Below, one piece after another: positions 45,401 to 54,579 of a stretch of 64,000 bases of DNA. The notes beneath the pieces were generated by a model. It had not been told where the DNA came from, did not search any database, and saw only the letters and a program-made list of their open reading frames with translations. The position numbers were made by a program, and so were the translations under genes. Location of the stretch: positions 194,258 to 258,257 of the forward strand of contig CAVVJQ010000003.1 of the NCBI GenBank assembly GCA_963748615.1. The letters run 5' to 3'. How positions within the stretch are numbered: the first letter of the stretch is position 1; the number at the start of each line of letters is the position of its first letter. This DNA is from an uncultured Thermoplasmata archaeon. GTDB taxonomy: Archaea > Thermoplasmatota > Thermoplasmata > UBA10834.

Positions 45401-46545
45401 ATCACCACGTCATGCTGGAACGCGCCGGGGCTGAACCGTAAGCCCCCTGCCATCCCTTCCGGGAAGGCTGTATTCAGCAGGTTTATACCAGCGTTGACAT
45501 GTCTATCCGCACGCCAACCGCACTCACACTCGAAATCGACACCCATTCGGGAATGATTCAATCTCCCACATATCGGGCACCTCCTGCTGCTGTTGTATGT
45601 GTCCACCTTGATGACTGGCACGCCTATCCAGGCTGCCTTGTACTCGATGAAGTCGTGAAGCATCTTCCGAGGCCATGAGTTCAACCGTCGGTTGAGCGAT
45701 TTGCCGCGCTTCCGCGCTGTCATCCCACTCAGATCCTCGAGCACAATCGTCGATCTATGCTCCTCCGCGAGGCCGAGGACCGCATTGGCCACTTGGTGCA
45801 TGCGATACTCGATCCGATGATGCTCTCTCTTCCCCTCTCTGCGACACAACCGCCTCGATGTCCGCCGGTCGTGCGCCTTCCTCTTCTGGAGGCTCCTGCG
45901 CCGGTCATGATGCCGTGCCTGGATGATTGGAACATCTGGATACGCGGCCTGGACTGGCAGACACTCATCTTCGCTCAGGAACACGCCGTCCAAGCTCCGC
46001 TCATTGGTATCGAGCGACAGGACCGTCTCTGGAATGTATGATTTAGGTGGGCTCTTCCTGAAGACTATTATGACCCTGTTTGGAAGTAGGGTCAGTGATC
46101 CAAGGGAGAGAGTTCTGTCGTTCAGATAGATGCGATGGTAATCACTCAGGACGAGCCTCAGCTTCACATGACATCCAGCCCGTATCGGAAGGTCGATCAC
46201 CCCTTCCTCCCGGTCGAGCTTGTAGGCCTGATTCTCCGCCTTCATCATCAATCGGCGGATATATGGGATGCGATGGACTGGCCCCTTTCCCCAACGCCTC
46301 CGCAGGTTCTTCAGCACTGAACACGCGACCTCGAAGGAGGAGACAAGATGCTGAGAATAGATGTTCGGATGCTCCTTCCTGAAGTCTTTGTACGCCAGCT
46401 TCACCAGGGCGTTCCTGGAGGTCACTTTCGCCTGGAGGCCGGCCCTGATCGCGCAATTGGCCGCCAGGCGGAAATCCTCCATGAGCATCCTGGCCTCAAA
46501 CGGGAGCTCCCCATGAATGTGGAGCACTACCGCTCTGTGGAGCAT
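45322..46545 (-). CDS. tnpB: IS200/IS605-family TnpB (OrfB, IS1341-type) RNA-guided nuclease homolog
   Basis: SLDTNERSLDGV (RuvC-I), TIVLEDLSGM (RuvC-II), CPICGRLNHSRMGVDFECECGWRADRHVNAGINL (Zn finger plus RuvC-III). No tnpA nearby. Confidence 0.88.
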   Translation of the reverse strand: MLHRAVVLHIHGELPFEARMLMEDFRLAANCAIRAGLQAKVTSRNALVKLAYKDFRKEHPNIYSQHLVSSFEVACSVLKNLRRRWGKGPVHRIPYIRRLMMKAENQAYKLDREEGVIDLPIRAGCHVKLRLVLSDYHRIYLNDRTLSLGSLTLLPNRVIIVFRKSPPKSYIPETVLSLDTNERSLDGVFLSEDECLPVQAAYPDVPIIQARHHDRRRSLQKRKAHDRRTSRRLCRREGKREHHRIEYRMHQVANAVLGLAEEHRSTIVLEDLSGMTARKRGKSLNRRLNSWPRKMLHDFIEYKAAWIGVPVIKVDTYNSSRRCPICGRLNHSRMGVDFECECGWRADRHVNAGINLLNTAFPEGMAGGLRFSPGAFQHDVVMTLCDPFMGARSKPNGTSRSSRGWSS

Positions 46546-46641
46546 CGAATACGGTATCTGGCCAGGGGCATATCCATCACCTGGCTACATGCATGCTACT
46601 CATGCGATCGACGAGATATTCATGTCATCGGGAAAGGCACC

Positions 46642-48099
46642 ATGGAAAAGAATATCTTCGCGAATATGCTCCACCTCAAGAGAGCGCGAAGGAGGGAGCC
46701 AGCAATGGTGAGCGAAACGGTACAGTATCCTGAGATTCTAGAGAAGGCGCTCCAGAAGGAAAAGCAGGCTCTGGACATGCTAGGCAAGCTGATAGAATTC
46801 CCATCCGTGGCCATCCGAGACGCAGAGAGCATAAACCAATGCGCAGACCATGTCGAAAAGCAGCTCAGGAGCCGCGGGTTCGACGCTAAGCAGTTCAAAA
46901 CCGCAGGTTCCCCGATCATATTCGCCGAGAAGAATGTGGGTGCAGAACGGACCCTCCTGTTGTATCACCACTACGATGTCCAACCAGAAGGATCTCTCGA
47001 ACTATGGGAATCTCCTCCGTGGAAGATGACCATAAGGGACGAGCGGATATACGGGAGAGGAGCGCAGGACAACAAGGGGCCATATATCGCGAACTTGATG
47101 GGGATTACCCTGATCGAAGAGGTTCTGGGAGAACTTCCGATAAATGTCAAGTTCGTGATCGAAGGAGAGGAGGAGGCATCCTCGAAGCATCTCAGTGAAT
47201 TTGCGGAGGCTCGTCAGGATTTCCTACGGGCAGATGGCTGCGCGATTGAGCTACTGACGACCACGCCCGGAAGTCCAGCAGAGATATATTGTGGCTGCAA
47301 AGGCATGGCCTATCTCAACGTGATTGCCGGGGGGCAACCGCATTTTCCGCGGACTGATGTTCACTCGGGATTTGCTAATGCCGTCCCGAACGCTGCATGG
47401 CGTTTGATTCAGGCATTGAGTTCATTGAAGGACGAGAACGAGAACATACTCATCGATGGAATCGAAGAGAGGATCATGAGACCGTCTGAAGACGACCTGG
47501 AGGCTCTGCAAGGATACAAGGCAGACGTCGTTGGGATGTTGATGGGCGATTACGGCCTCGATAAGTTGCTGCTCAATCTAACAGGGATCGATGCCCTGGA
47601 GGCGGTGTTCATGAGGCCCAGCATAACCGTCTGCGGCATAACATCTGGATATGATGGCCCTGGGATTAAGACGATCGTCCCATCGACAGCAAGGGCGAAG
47701 CTTGAGATTCGGCTTGTTCCGGATCTCACAGCTAAGGAAACGGTCATACTATTGAGGAAACACCTCGCGGACCATGGGTTCGACGACATCCAGATACGAG
47801 AAGATGAGGGGAGCAACTACGACCCATCCAAGACCCCGGTGAACGATCCATTCATCAAGTTGATCCATGAGATATCGAGCGAAGTGGCAATGCCCGCGTC
47901 ATCTAGCGTGGTCCCGATGGCGTTCGGGACTGGACCAGGGTACTTGTTCGCGCCTCACGCACCCATGTGTCTGAGCCTCAGCCAATCGGATCTGAAGGGT
48001 GTAAACATACATGCACCCAATGAGAACTGGCCACTGAAAAACTTGACCAGCACTATCGCGTTCGTAGCTATGGTTGCAGATAGAATGAGCCGCATGTGA
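46642..48099 (+). CDS. M20-family metallopeptidase/dipeptidase
   Basis: LLLYHHYDVQPEG, WESPPWKMTIRDERIYGRGAQDNKGP, VIEGEEE. Start is ATG 46642 or 46705; the track start 46348 is antisense to tnpB. Confidence 0.8.
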   Translation: MEKNIFANMLHLKRARRREPAMVSETVQYPEILEKALQKEKQALDMLGKLIEFPSVAIRDAESINQCADHVEKQLRSRGFDAKQFKTAGSPIIFAEKNVGAERTLLLYHHYDVQPEGSLELWESPPWKMTIRDERIYGRGAQDNKGPYIANLMGITLIEEVLGELPINVKFVIEGEEEASSKHLSEFAEARQDFLRADGCAIELLTTTPGSPAEIYCGCKGMAYLNVIAGGQPHFPRTDVHSGFANAVPNAAWRLIQALSSLKDENENILIDGIEERIMRPSEDDLEALQGYKADVVGMLMGDYGLDKLLLNLTGIDALEAVFMRPSITVCGITSGYDGPGIKTIVPSTARAKLEIRLVPDLTAKETVILLRKHLADHGFDDIQIREDEGSNYDPSKTPVNDPFIKLIHEISSEVAMPASSSVVPMAFGTGPGYLFAPHAPMCLSLSQSDLKGVNIHAPNENWPLKNLTSTIAFVAMVADRMSRM

Positions 48100-48186
48100 T
48101 CGGCATGAGCCACTTTCCGCGAAAATGGAATCACGAAGAGGTTTCATGGGTTTGCCCGATCGTCGGTCGTCTTCAGATCCCGGGCA

Positions 48187-49023
48187 TCATGTCGCCTTCG
48201 CATTCTTGAAAGTCAACCAGGCCGTTGTGAACGTCAGGCAGGCGAAACCCAAGAGCGCTACGAATGCGAAAATGATGTCATTTCCTGCAAGCTGATAGTG
48301 CGTCCCCATGGCGGTGAAATTATCCCCGAGGGCGAAGTACCGGATGCCATTGACGAGATATGTCAGAGGATTCACCGATGAGATCGCCTGAAGCCATGTA
48401 GGGAAGGAATCGATAGAGTACAGGGCATTGCTCGAGAACATCAGAGGCAGCGTCAGCAGGGTCATTATGGCCTGAACGCTCTCCATGCTCTCGACCCGCA
48501 TCGCGAATGTGGCTGAAAGGAATATGAAGCCTGCAGAGAACACTGCGATGAAAGCCACGATCCCGGCCACCGATATCAAGACTTCCAAGGCAGATTTTCC
48601 GGCGAAGAAGCTCACGCCCAGAACAAGGCCGAACACAAGGATCAAGCAGACCTGTATGAGCGACTTCGTCACCCCTCCCAACCCGACTCCCAGCTGGATA
48701 TGATAGGATTTCATGGGGCTGGCAAGCATCTCCTTCATGATTCCCCAGTTCCGGTCAAACAGGATGCCCATCCCACCGAACAGACAGGTAAAGAGTGCAG
48801 TCATGGCCATCACGCCCGCGGTCATGAAGGTCAGGTAGTTCACCGAGACGACACCTGGCATGTCCGGTAACTGGAACGCGGAGTTGTCGAAATTACTGCT
48901 CATCGCGACTCCGAAGAGGAGTAACCACAACGCCGGCTGCACCAGGGATGCGAAGAGCATCCCTTTGAACCGGACGTATTTGATCATCTCACGCCAGTAG
49001 ATTGTGAGGAACTCACGAGCCAT
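48187..49023 (-). CDS. ABC-2 type exporter permease
   Basis: 278 aa, 6 TM helices, N-terminal YWREMIKYVRFKGMLFASLVQP typical of ABC-2; 2 nt after the ATPase gene. Confidence 0.8.
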   Translation of the reverse strand: MAREFLTIYWREMIKYVRFKGMLFASLVQPALWLLLFGVAMSSNFDNSAFQLPDMPGVVSVNYLTFMTAGVMAMTALFTCLFGGMGILFDRNWGIMKEMLASPMKSYHIQLGVGLGGVTKSLIQVCLILVFGLVLGVSFFAGKSALEVLISVAGIVAFIAVFSAGFIFLSATFAMRVESMESVQAIMTLLTLPLMFSSNALYSIDSFPTWLQAISSVNPLTYLVNGIRYFALGDNFTAMGTHYQLAGNDIIFAFVALLGFACLTFTTAWLTFKNAKAT

Positions 49024-49025
49024 GA

Positions 49026-50006
49026 CTAGTGCCTCCTTCTTCGAGGGAGTCCGTTCTCAGCAGGCTCATGCCTTATCTCGCGACCAGTGTAATGAACGAA
49101 CACATCGTCCAGGGAAGGCTTCTTCATCTTCACACTCTGGATCACGATACCCTCATCCTCTATCGAGCGAAGGATCAAAGGCATGACCTTGCTGCCATCA
49201 GCATTGAGAATGAGTTCGAGTCCTTTGCCCGACAGGTGCTTCACTTCGGTGACGTTGGACGTCTTTCTAGCGATCTCAGCAGCTTTTGTATCGTCCTGGG
49301 TCTCAAGGTAGATCATGTCGCTCCCAAGGGTGTTCTTCAGAGACTCTGATGTGCCTGACGCGATGATCTTGCCATAGTCGATGATCTCGATTCTGTCACT
49401 GAGCATGTCCGCTTCGTCCATGTAATGGGTGGTCAGAAAGATCGTCGTGCCTTCATCGTTTATGCGTTTGATGTAATCCCACATCCTAAGTCTGGTCTGA
49501 GGGTCAAGCCCAATCGTTGGTTCGTCGAGGAACAGAACTCGAGGCCTTGTCATGAGCCCGCGCGCGATCTCAAGCCGTCGTTTCATCCCTCCGCTGAGAT
49601 TTTTGGTTCGTTCGCCGACCTTCTCCTCGAGCTCGACCAATTCGATCAGTTCCTTCGTTCTTGCAAGCCTCTGGTCCCGTGGCATCGAGTAGATGCGGCC
49701 ATGGAATTCAAGAGTCTCGCCCACGGTCATATCCCTGTCCAAAACCTCGTCCTGGAACACTATCCCGATGCATTTGCGCACGTCTAGTGCGTTAGTCCTG
49801 ACATCATAGCCGCAAACCTTTGCCGACCCGGTCTGACACTTAAGGAGGGTTGTGAGGACATTGATTGTCGTGCTCTTGCCTGCGCCATTAGGACCCAGGA
49901 ACGAGAATATCTCGCCCTGCTCCACATTGAAGCTTATCCCATCGACAGCTTTGAAGTCCCCGAAGGTATGGACCAGGTTCTCGACCTCGATGATATTGTT
50001 AGCCAA
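49026..50006 (-). CDS. ABC transporter ATP-binding protein (DrrA-like)
   Basis: GPNGAGKSTT (Walker A), LSGGMKRRLEIA (signature), VLFLDEPT (Walker B). Confidence 0.9.
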   Translation of the reverse strand: MANNIIEVENLVHTFGDFKAVDGISFNVEQGEIFSFLGPNGAGKSTTINVLTTLLKCQTGSAKVCGYDVRTNALDVRKCIGIVFQDEVLDRDMTVGETLEFHGRIYSMPRDQRLARTKELIELVELEEKVGERTKNLSGGMKRRLEIARGLMTRPRVLFLDEPTIGLDPQTRLRMWDYIKRINDEGTTIFLTTHYMDEADMLSDRIEIIDYGKIIASGTSESLKNTLGSDMIYLETQDDTKAAEIARKTSNVTEVKHLSGKGLELILNADGSKVMPLILRSIEDEGIVIQSVKMKKPSLDDVFVHYTGREIRHEPAENGLPRRRRH

Positions 50007-50081
50007 TCAAATCACCTTAACTCAATCACTTTTCTTCATATCAGTTTCAATCATAGACCAATCGATTGCGGTGTACCCTGT

Positions 50082-50324
50082 TCAGACCTTCTCGCTTTCC
50101 GACATCATCTGACCGAGGTGCTCGGTCATCTTCGCAAACATCTTCTGGAGCACATCGCCTTTTACGAGTCTAACGTGCCACATCCCATCAGGGGCTGATT
50201 CGGCGAGGACCAACAGCTTGTCTCCAGCCTGGATGCCGAATCGCTTCCTGAGCTCGGCAGGCAACACGACCTGCCCTCTCTCTCCAACGGTCGCACTCCC
50301 GAACAGCTCTGGCTTTCCGAACAT
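50082..50324 (-). CDS. AbrB/SpoVT-domain DNA-binding protein
   Basis: VGERGQVVLPAELRKRFGIQAGDKLLVL. Confidence 0.75.
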   Translation of the reverse strand: MFGKPELFGSATVGERGQVVLPAELRKRFGIQAGDKLLVLAESAPDGMWHVRLVKGDVLQKMFAKMTEHLGQMMSESEKV

Positions 50325-50592
50325 GGCAATCTCACACCTCGTAAATGTGGCCGACTATAATACACTATTCATACTAATCACACATTTCACACATATGCGT
50401 CGCGAGCCTTTCTTGATCGAAAGCGATAGAATCCATCGACCAATATGGGGTATGGATTAGAGAAATTGTCTATCCCATATTTTAGTATGGAATAGGTTTC
50501 TCCAGATTGCATTCGCACTTTATTAGACCAATCGCCTCATCTAGACGCATGATGCGCCCAATGTAGGGGAAGGAAGTGAGTCCGAGACAATC

Positions 50593-53571
50593 TCACTTCT
50601 CCTTGAGTGACCGGAACGTCTCCGTCTTACGCCCCTCCCTCTGAAGCGGTCCCGGTGCCCACCAACCCCATTTGCCGAGTACGGTCATCATCGCAGGGAC
50701 TATGTAGGTCCGCACGACCATCGCATCCAACAGTATCGCGAATGCGAGGGCGAAGCCGATCTCCTTGAGCATCATGGTACTTGAGATCATCATCATTGCG
50801 AAGGCCGATCCCATGATCACTGCGAGAGCAGTGATGATGCCGCCAGTCCAATCCAACGATTCGACTATTGCGTCACGGTCGGACTTCCCCTTGTGCATCT
50901 CTTCCCTGATCCTTGTCAGTATGAAGACGTTGTAGTCCATCCCGATGCCCATAAGCATGATGAACAGAATCAGAGGGATGATCCAGAGGATCGGTTCCCC
51001 CATCCCGTATCCGAACAGGCCGACTGTCGCAGCGAAGGCCCAGGATATGCTAAGCATGATCGATATTATGGCGAACAGTGAGAGCAGGAATGCTCCGAGA
51101 ACGATCAACAGGACGATGAATATGCCGATGACCACGACGATCTCCATCAATCTGAACTGCTGGTCGAGATCCTTTGCGAGGTCGGCAATCACAGCTGTGG
51201 AGCCACCGACATATATGACTGCTGATGAGAGGGCAGGATTGTCTTCTCGCAGAGTCGAGACCGTGGCTCGTATGTCATCGATGGTGCTGATTGATTCCGG
51301 AGTCATCGGTCCTGTTTCGAGGACAATCGTGATCAGCACAGTGCGATTGTCAATGCCCACAGTCTCCAACATGAGCTCTTCCTGAGCAGTTCTCGAGTCA
51401 GTGGACAATGCGCTCAGGTTCCTGTAATCGATCGCGGTGACCTTCGGGTTCGTCGTCCCTGTAACCTGCTTCACATTGTCCAGGGAGGACAGCGAAGTGG
51501 TCATTAGAGCGATGGCATCCAGAGCCCCCAGGCTGAAATTGCCATCTGCATAGACGGGAGAGTCGAATGTGACCACGATCTCGGTCGGCATTATCCGGCC
51601 TGCACCGAAACCGTCAGTCATGGCAACGATACCTTCGTTGCTCTCTACGCCAGATGACATGCCGCTGATGAAATCAAAGCTCGTCTCAGCCGTAAGGAAC
51701 ACATAGGTCGTAGGCACGGAAACGAGAAGGGCAACCACCATGACCGCCTTCGCGTGCTTGATCGAGAATGTCGCGGCCTTGTGGAAGTAACCACGATGAC
51801 CCTGAGCCCTCTTGGCCATCACGTTCTGGGCGAACTTCTTCCAACGCTGGCCCCTGGTCGGCCAGAAGATCCTGTTACCCAAAAGGAGCAGCAGGGAAGG
51901 CACAAGGGTCAACGCTACCATCAGAGATATGCCGATGGCCATTCCCAGCACCAGACCCATGGTCCTGATCATGGAGAAATCGGATATCGAGAGGGCGAAG
52001 AATGATATCATGACGGTCGCCCCGCTCGTAGATATGCTCTCACCGGCCCATGTGACCGATGTCCTGACCGCTTCCTCGCGGGTGTGCCCCTTGATCCGTT
52101 CCTCCCTGAACCTGGCGACTATGAATATTGCATAGTCAGTGCCCACACCCATCAGGATGCTGAAAAGCATCGTTACGACGGTGTAGTGTATGTCCGCCAC
52201 GAGGGAACCGACAACGAATACTATCGCCTGGCTCACCCCCAACGCGACCATGACGCTCCCCAACGGAAGGAATTGAGCGACCACTGATCTGAAGAACACG
52301 CCCATGAGCACGATTATGAGGATGATCGTGACCGGTTCGATCAACATCATCTCCTTCCCCATCGATGATTCCATATCTGCAGATATGGCAGCATCCCCAG
52401 TGACATAGGTCGTGGAATCGGAACCAAGATGTGCTGATTTCGCTTCAGACACCATATCTCTAAGGATATCGACATTCACCATGATCGGCTTCTCGCCATC
52501 CTCCAAGTAGCTCGACCCCTTTGAGAATGACATGACAATGAGCATCGTGCTATTGTCCGGGCTCACGAAGCCGGAGAGATATTCTTCAGGGATGGTGATT
52601 GGATAATCCGATATTGTGCCCGATGCGACGATCTGAGTGGCCAAAGCGCCGGCTTCAAGATAATCATAATCAGGACCCAGCGAGTAAACCTCCTCGAGGA
52701 AGGCGATGTCCTCAATCCCTGAGATTCCGGATATCATAGAGAGCGAGAACGAATGAATCGTGCTGGAGTTCGAGAACGTCGTGATATTGAAGGAATACAA
52801 GATGGCAGTCATCATTGCCTTCTCATCGTCTGTAGGCATGCCATCGATGAAGAGAGGCGCTGCATAGGATATCGCGTCCTCAGCCCTTGCCACCGGATCG
52901 GATACGAGGGCGATGTCGTCTGAGGTCGCATTCCATCCGCTTGCGAATAGCGAGAAGTACCCGTATGTGGCCTGCTTGACTGTATCATCCTCTTCCGAGA
53001 GCATCATATCCAGAGCCGCAAGAGTGATCGCGTAGGCCTCGGCATCCCGCGACGAAGTATCGAGGCTGGCATTCGTGTAATTCCAGTTATTGAGATGCAG
53101 CGAAGGTATGCCATAGAAGAGGTTCGCAGTCAGATTGACCTCAGATTCCACGACATAGATCATCGGTCCCATCTCGACAACCGCAGCGGTGATGGCACCC
53201 GTGTAGACCGAATAGACGGTCGTCATCGATTCCAGATATGCAAGACCGTCTTCCACCTTGATGCGGTATTCAAGGTCCAAACAGAAATCTCTCATGGACG
53301 GACTGGTCACATCGGTCCCGCTTATGACGATCATGAGGGTGCTGTTGGGTACGGCCGTGGGGAATTGCTCATCGATGATATCCTGAGCGATGAGGGACTC
53401 CTTGTCACCTGCAACCATCTCGGATTCCTGGTATACCAGCACATCATTCACTTTCAGCACTGCAGGCACCACGAACGCAAGGATGACTATCCAGGCGATG
53501 AGTATCTTCTTGTGGTGACGAATAACCCCGTCAGCTAGTTTTTCGAATATCATCGGTGCACCCTCCGACAT
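50593..53571 (-). CDS. MMPL/RND-superfamily membrane transporter
   Basis: 992 aa with two 6-TM bundles, each after a large loop. MGVGTDYAIFIVARFREE and MGIGMDYNVFILTRIREE are duplicated MMPL motifs. Confidence 0.85.
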   Translation of the reverse strand: MSEGAPMIFEKLADGVIRHHKKILIAWIVILAFVVPAVLKVNDVLVYQESEMVAGDKESLIAQDIIDEQFPTAVPNSTLMIVISGTDVTSPSMRDFCLDLEYRIKVEDGLAYLESMTTVYSVYTGAITAAVVEMGPMIYVVESEVNLTANLFYGIPSLHLNNWNYTNASLDTSSRDAEAYAITLAALDMMLSEEDDTVKQATYGYFSLFASGWNATSDDIALVSDPVARAEDAISYAAPLFIDGMPTDDEKAMMTAILYSFNITTFSNSSTIHSFSLSMISGISGIEDIAFLEEVYSLGPDYDYLEAGALATQIVASGTISDYPITIPEEYLSGFVSPDNSTMLIVMSFSKGSSYLEDGEKPIMVNVDILRDMVSEAKSAHLGSDSTTYVTGDAAISADMESSMGKEMMLIEPVTIILIIVLMGVFFRSVVAQFLPLGSVMVALGVSQAIVFVVGSLVADIHYTVVTMLFSILMGVGTDYAIFIVARFREERIKGHTREEAVRTSVTWAGESISTSGATVMISFFALSISDFSMIRTMGLVLGMAIGISLMVALTLVPSLLLLLGNRIFWPTRGQRWKKFAQNVMAKRAQGHRGYFHKAATFSIKHAKAVMVVALLVSVPTTYVFLTAETSFDFISGMSSGVESNEGIVAMTDGFGAGRIMPTEIVVTFDSPVYADGNFSLGALDAIALMTTSLSSLDNVKQVTGTTNPKVTAIDYRNLSALSTDSRTAQEELMLETVGIDNRTVLITIVLETGPMTPESISTIDDIRATVSTLREDNPALSSAVIYVGGSTAVIADLAKDLDQQFRLMEIVVVIGIFIVLLIVLGAFLLSLFAIISIMLSISWAFAATVGLFGYGMGEPILWIIPLILFIMLMGIGMDYNVFILTRIREEMHKGKSDRDAIVESLDWTGGIITALAVIMGSAFAMMMISSTMMLKEIGFALAFAILLDAMVVRTYIVPAMMTVLGKWGWWAPGPLQREGRKTETFRSLKEK

Positions 53572-53636
53572 GTTGTCATTGTCTTACTAACAAGAATGTC
53601 GTTAATTCCAAACTAACATATAAGTATTTCGCAATC

Positions 53637-53656
53637 ATATCTACACTGGTAGATAT
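53637..53656. promoter_or_regulatory. perfect 8+8 palindrome in the MMPL/trmB divergent promoter
   Basis: ATATCTAC-actg-GTAGATAT, ~12 nt downstream of the AT box ACATATAAGTATTT (53616-53629) and 17 nt upstream of the TTG start, which is preceded by GAGGAGGA. Confidence 0.5.
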
Positions 53657-53673
53657 CCAAGAGGAGGATACGT

Positions 53674-54429
53674 TTGACCCATCAAAAAGTTATTGATAGG
53701 CTCATCTCACTCGGCTTGACAACATACGAGGCAAAAGTATTCTCCGCCCTTACAAGATTGGGAGAAGCCCGAGTCAGCGAGATTCACACAGTCGCCGAGG
53801 TTCCCAGATCAGCGATTTATGAGACACTGGATCGCCTGGAACACAGGGGGATCATCGAGACTTCGACGGGAAGGCCCAAGAGATTCAGGGCATTACCGCC
53901 TAAGATCGCGATATCGAAGATAGAATCTGAGATCATGAGCGCGGTCAAAGACGCCCGAGAAGGGCTTGAGGAACTCGCACACGCGCCGCCTCAGGGAGCC
54001 TCGGACGTTCGCATCTGGGCCATCAAGGGAAAGACAAGGATAAAGGAACGGATAGAACACATGATAGACTCAACGGAATCGGAAATGATTATCGCAGGTT
54101 TCCCAGAGCTGCTCATATCTTTCGAGAGGCTCTGGAAGAAGGCCAAGGCAAAGAAGATAAAGATCCGATTCGCGACGATGGATCCTGATAAGATCAAGAC
54201 ATTGAAAGATTACGGAGAAGTTCTGCGCCCCAAATCCAAGATAAAGATGACAGAGATGAATCCTCCCAAGATCCTGTTCATCCGTTCAGACAAGAAGCTC
54301 ATCCTTCTGGCCAGTGAGTACAAGGACGATAAGCAGATAGAGGACATGACCGCATTCTGGACGGATGATCAGTCGATAGTCGGATTCATCAACTATCTTA
54401 TGGAACCGCTTACGAACCACTATGATTGA
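53674..54429 (+). CDS. TrmB-family transcriptional regulator (copy 2)
   Basis: LGLTTYEAKVFSALTRLGEARVSEIHTVAEVPRSAIYETLDRLEHRGIIE..GRPKRFRALPP. Confidence 0.8.
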   Translation: MTHQKVIDRLISLGLTTYEAKVFSALTRLGEARVSEIHTVAEVPRSAIYETLDRLEHRGIIETSTGRPKRFRALPPKIAISKIESEIMSAVKDAREGLEELAHAPPQGASDVRIWAIKGKTRIKERIEHMIDSTESEMIIAGFPELLISFERLWKKAKAKKIKIRFATMDPDKIKTLKDYGEVLRPKSKIKMTEMNPPKILFIRSDKKLILLASEYKDDKQIEDMTAFWTDDQSIVGFINYLMEPLTNHYD

Positions 54430-54579
54430 ACAGGACTTACTTTTTCCTGCAACCTGATGCAATGAACACATGTGTCCTTCGGACACGCACTGACCTACGC
54501 CAGGATTAACTATCAGAGCGACAATCACGTGGTAGGGGAACCGGTCTGATCGGACCGGATAGCTCGGGGGGAATCAGAG

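Larger units (their letters stand above)
45190..46640 (-). mobile_element. solo-tnpB IS605-family element (boundaries approximate)
   Basis: tnpB with candidate end hairpins: GCCAGG-13nt-CCTGGC (46561-46585, upstream end) and GGTGGTCAT-g-ATGACCACC spanning the tnpB stop (45315-45333). It fills the gap between the NTase and M20 genes. Confidence 0.45.

Noticed and set aside
46348-46641. 5' extension of the M20 peptidase ORF (track start 46348)
   Set aside because: The extension is antisense to the tnpB N-terminus and has no peptidase similarity. The ATGs at 46642 and 46705 lie outside tnpB.
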